Assembly (NCBI GenBank): GCA_003132085.1
Contig: PKWO01000089.1
Location: forward strand, 16,941-52,913
DNA: 35,973 bases
Direction of reading: 5' to 3'
Source of the DNA: Oxalobacteraceae bacterium
GTDB lineage: Bacteria; Pseudomonadota; Gammaproteobacteria; Burkholderiales; Burkholderiaceae_D
Shown: positions 34,290-35,973 of the stretch, in pieces
Position numbering within the stretch: position 1 is the stretch's first letter
How the letters are laid out: each line of letters starts with the position of its first letter
Position numbers and translations under genes: made by a program
The notes under the pieces: model-generated
Database searches by the model: none
The model's input: the letters and a program-made list of their open reading frames with translations, nothing else
Told to the model about the DNA's origin: nothing

Positions 34290-34537
34290 TGGTCACCCTC
34301 CACAGCACTTCGGCCCTGAGAAAGCCGCAACATCACGCTACCAAAAGGGGCGACAACATTGTCCCACGAAAGCATTTCCGCTGTGATACGCGCGGAGACA
34401 TCAACGATGTGCAAGGCTCCTGCGACCGCTTCCGCGGCATCGCGCTCGACGAGGGAGGCTCCGGAGAAACGGGTCGCAAACAACTGGGCGTAGCGCTCTG
34501 GATGCAGCGTGGTCTGGTCGGTTGTTGCTTCCATCAC
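34286..34537 (-). CDS. Small protein translationally coupled to the amidase; possible AtzG/GatC-like (DUF4089-type) amidase partner
   Basis: The ORF is about 82 aa. Its start (GTGATG) overlaps the MaoC gene stop, and its stop overlaps the amidase ATG (ATGA). The Ala-rich helical sequence ends in ...LSWDNVVAPFG. The family assignment is from memory only. Confidence 0.4.
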   Translation of the reverse strand: MMEATTDQTTLHPERYAQLFATRFSGASLVERDAAEAVAGALHIVDVSARITAEMLSWDNVVAPFGSVMLRLSQGRSAVEGDQ

Positions 34538-35037
34538 AAATCATCTACGCCGTGGCCGCGCTTAGGAACCAGTGCGCTACGTACAAAGTCCATGACCTGA
34601 ACGCCGTTCTGATTAAAGGCACGCGTATGGACAGTGACGATCCCCTGGGTGGGCCTCGACCGCGATTCACGCTTTTCCAGCACCTCCGATTCGGCGTATA
34701 GAGTATCGTTACAGAATACGGGGGCAGTTAGCTTGATCTCTTTCCAGCCCAAGTTAGCGATGGCTTTGCCGCTGACATCATTGACCGACATACCGAGCAC
34801 GATAGCAACGGTCAGGCCACTGTTGACCAGCAGTTGGCCGAACTCACTCTTGGCCGCATGCGCTTTGTCGCAATGCATCGGATGGAAATTCATCGTGAGC
34901 AAGGAAAAATGGATATTGTCGGCTTCTGTGATAGTGCGGCCCGGCCGGTGCTCATAGATGTCACCGACCGTGAAATCTTCGAGATAGCGGCCATAGCTGG
35001 AACGGATGCGTTGCTTAGCGGAAGCGAGGGCGGTCAT
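34534..35037 (-). CDS. MaoC-like (R)-specific enoyl-CoA hydratase (itaconyl-CoA or mesaconyl-CoA hydratase type)
   Basis: The 167-aa hot-dog-fold pattern reads FTVGDIYEHRPGRTITEADNIHFSLLTMNFHPMHCD...GLTVAIVLGMS...IVTVHTRAFNQNG. Confidence 0.8.
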   Translation of the reverse strand: MTALASAKQRIRSSYGRYLEDFTVGDIYEHRPGRTITEADNIHFSLLTMNFHPMHCDKAHAAKSEFGQLLVNSGLTVAIVLGMSVNDVSGKAIANLGWKEIKLTAPVFCNDTLYAESEVLEKRESRSRPTQGIVTVHTRAFNQNGVQVMDFVRSALVPKRGHGVDDL

Positions 35038-35109
35038 GAGGTCTCCTTGGTGAGAAAATTAAAATAGGTTCGGCAGGTCTTGTGTGGAAAAATCCATGCG
35101 AGGTTCGGT

Positions 35110-35973
35110 TCATGTCGGCAGCGCCGGACCGGGGCGTGGAAGTAAAAGCAAGAAGACAGCGAAAAGTGGTAGTGCGGCGAGCCACATGAACGCGCTGGAC
35201 ATGTTTCCGAAGTAGCTCACCAGCCAGCCAAACGCAGGCGGTCCGACGACCACTCCTATGTAGGTAAAAAACAGCGCACCGCCGGTCACGGTGGCTACCT
35301 GTCCTGGTGGCGACAGCCGGGCGACTTCGCCGAGGTAAACGCCGTTCCAACCAATTGCAGTGGCGCCAAAACACATCGCAGTCAGGCATACCGCAGGCAT
35401 GGTCCACGCGTCGCTGATCACGCTGGTGCAAAGTGCGCTGGCCGTCATTAGTACCGCCACCACAATCAAAACGCCGCGGGTCGATCGACTGCAATCGGCG
35501 AGGTGCCCCCACATCAGGCGACCAGCTATGCCTGCCGCCTGTGCCGCAGCATATATCAGGCCAGCGCGCACCAGATCGACATTAGTCTTAACGAGGAGAT
35601 ACGCTGTGAGATAGCCGCTGACACATAATTGCACCGCCGAGAACAGGAGCGAGAGCGCTGCCAGCATGCGCAGGGTTGGTGAACGTAACACCAGCAATAC
35701 GGGAGTCAACGCGCGGGCACCGGGCGCGGTGGACGACGCATGTTTTGGCTCATCCAGTCCGTTGCGCAGGGAGGTACATATACACGCCACACCTACTGTT
35801 AGCGCTGCCAGCGACCAGAATGCGACTCGCCAACCGAACAGGCCAGATAGCCCCGGCAGCAAGGCGCCTGCGGCCAACCCGCCCAATGGCACCCCAGTCT
35901 GCTTAAATGAAAACACAAAGCTCATGCGGTCGGCCGACGTTATTCTGGCAAGGATCTTAGAACTGGCTGGCGT
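35110..35973 (-). CDS. MFS transporter, 5' end beyond the window
   Basis: The frame stays open upstream of the ATG at 35925 to the window edge (TPASSKILARITSADR MSF...). The 271+ aa visible form six hydrophobic helices, consistent with the C-terminal half of an MFS protein. Confidence 0.7.
   Translation of the reverse strand, partial: TPASSKILARITSADRMSFVFSFKQTGVPLGGLAAGALLPGLSGLFGWRVAFWSLAALTVGVACICTSLRNGLDEPKHASSTAPGARALTPVLLVLRSPTLRMLAALSLLFSAVQLCVSGYLTAYLLVKTNVDLVRAGLIYAAAQAAGIAGRLMWGHLADCSRSTRGVLIVVAVLMTASALCTSVISDAWTMPAVCLTAMCFGATAIGWNGVYLGEVARLSPPGQVATVTGGALFFTYIGVVVGPPAFGWLVSYFGNMSSAFMWLAALPLFAVFLLLLPRPGPALPT

Overview
This is a 35.97-kb bacterial chromosomal segment, probably proteobacterial with moderate GC; taxonomy cannot be confirmed from here. 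It consists of two long co-directional gene blocks that converge on about 1 kb of insertion-sequence debris at 18.2-19.2 kb.

Left block (+ strand, 1-18156):
- A ribose/CUT2-type ABC importer: binding protein, fused double ATPase and two permeases. The ATPase and permeases carry unusual repeat-bearing and low-complexity extensions.
- A proteorhodopsin-family 7-TM gene whose Schiff-base lysine codon is Gln (a lysine-less opsin).
- A flotillin/SPFH gene.
- A small membrane protein tightly coupled to a sodium:solute symporter.
- SCP2-like, alpha/beta-hydrolase, unknown, MBL-fold lactonase-like, Fe-alcohol dehydrogenase and succinate-semialdehyde dehydrogenase genes.

Right block (- strand, 19172-35973):
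- Pyruvate carboxylase.
- Three tiny ORFs.
- A LeuCD-like dehydratase with an isocitrate-lyase-family lyase.
- A cluster of CitE-like lyase, GntR regulator, family-III CoA-transferase, acyl-CoA dehydrogenase, MmgE/PrpD protein, amidase with a tiny partner ORF, MaoC hydratase and MFS transporter. This reads as a C5-branched dicarboxylate (itaconate-type) catabolic locus.

I saw no rRNA, tRNA, CRISPR array or intact mobile element.

The most notable observations are the intact lysine-less opsin directly upstream of a flotillin gene, and the ABC ATPase tail with triplicated peptide motifs that are conserved at protein level but diverged at wobble positions. All family assignments come from reading the translations and from remembered motifs. 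No database search was run.
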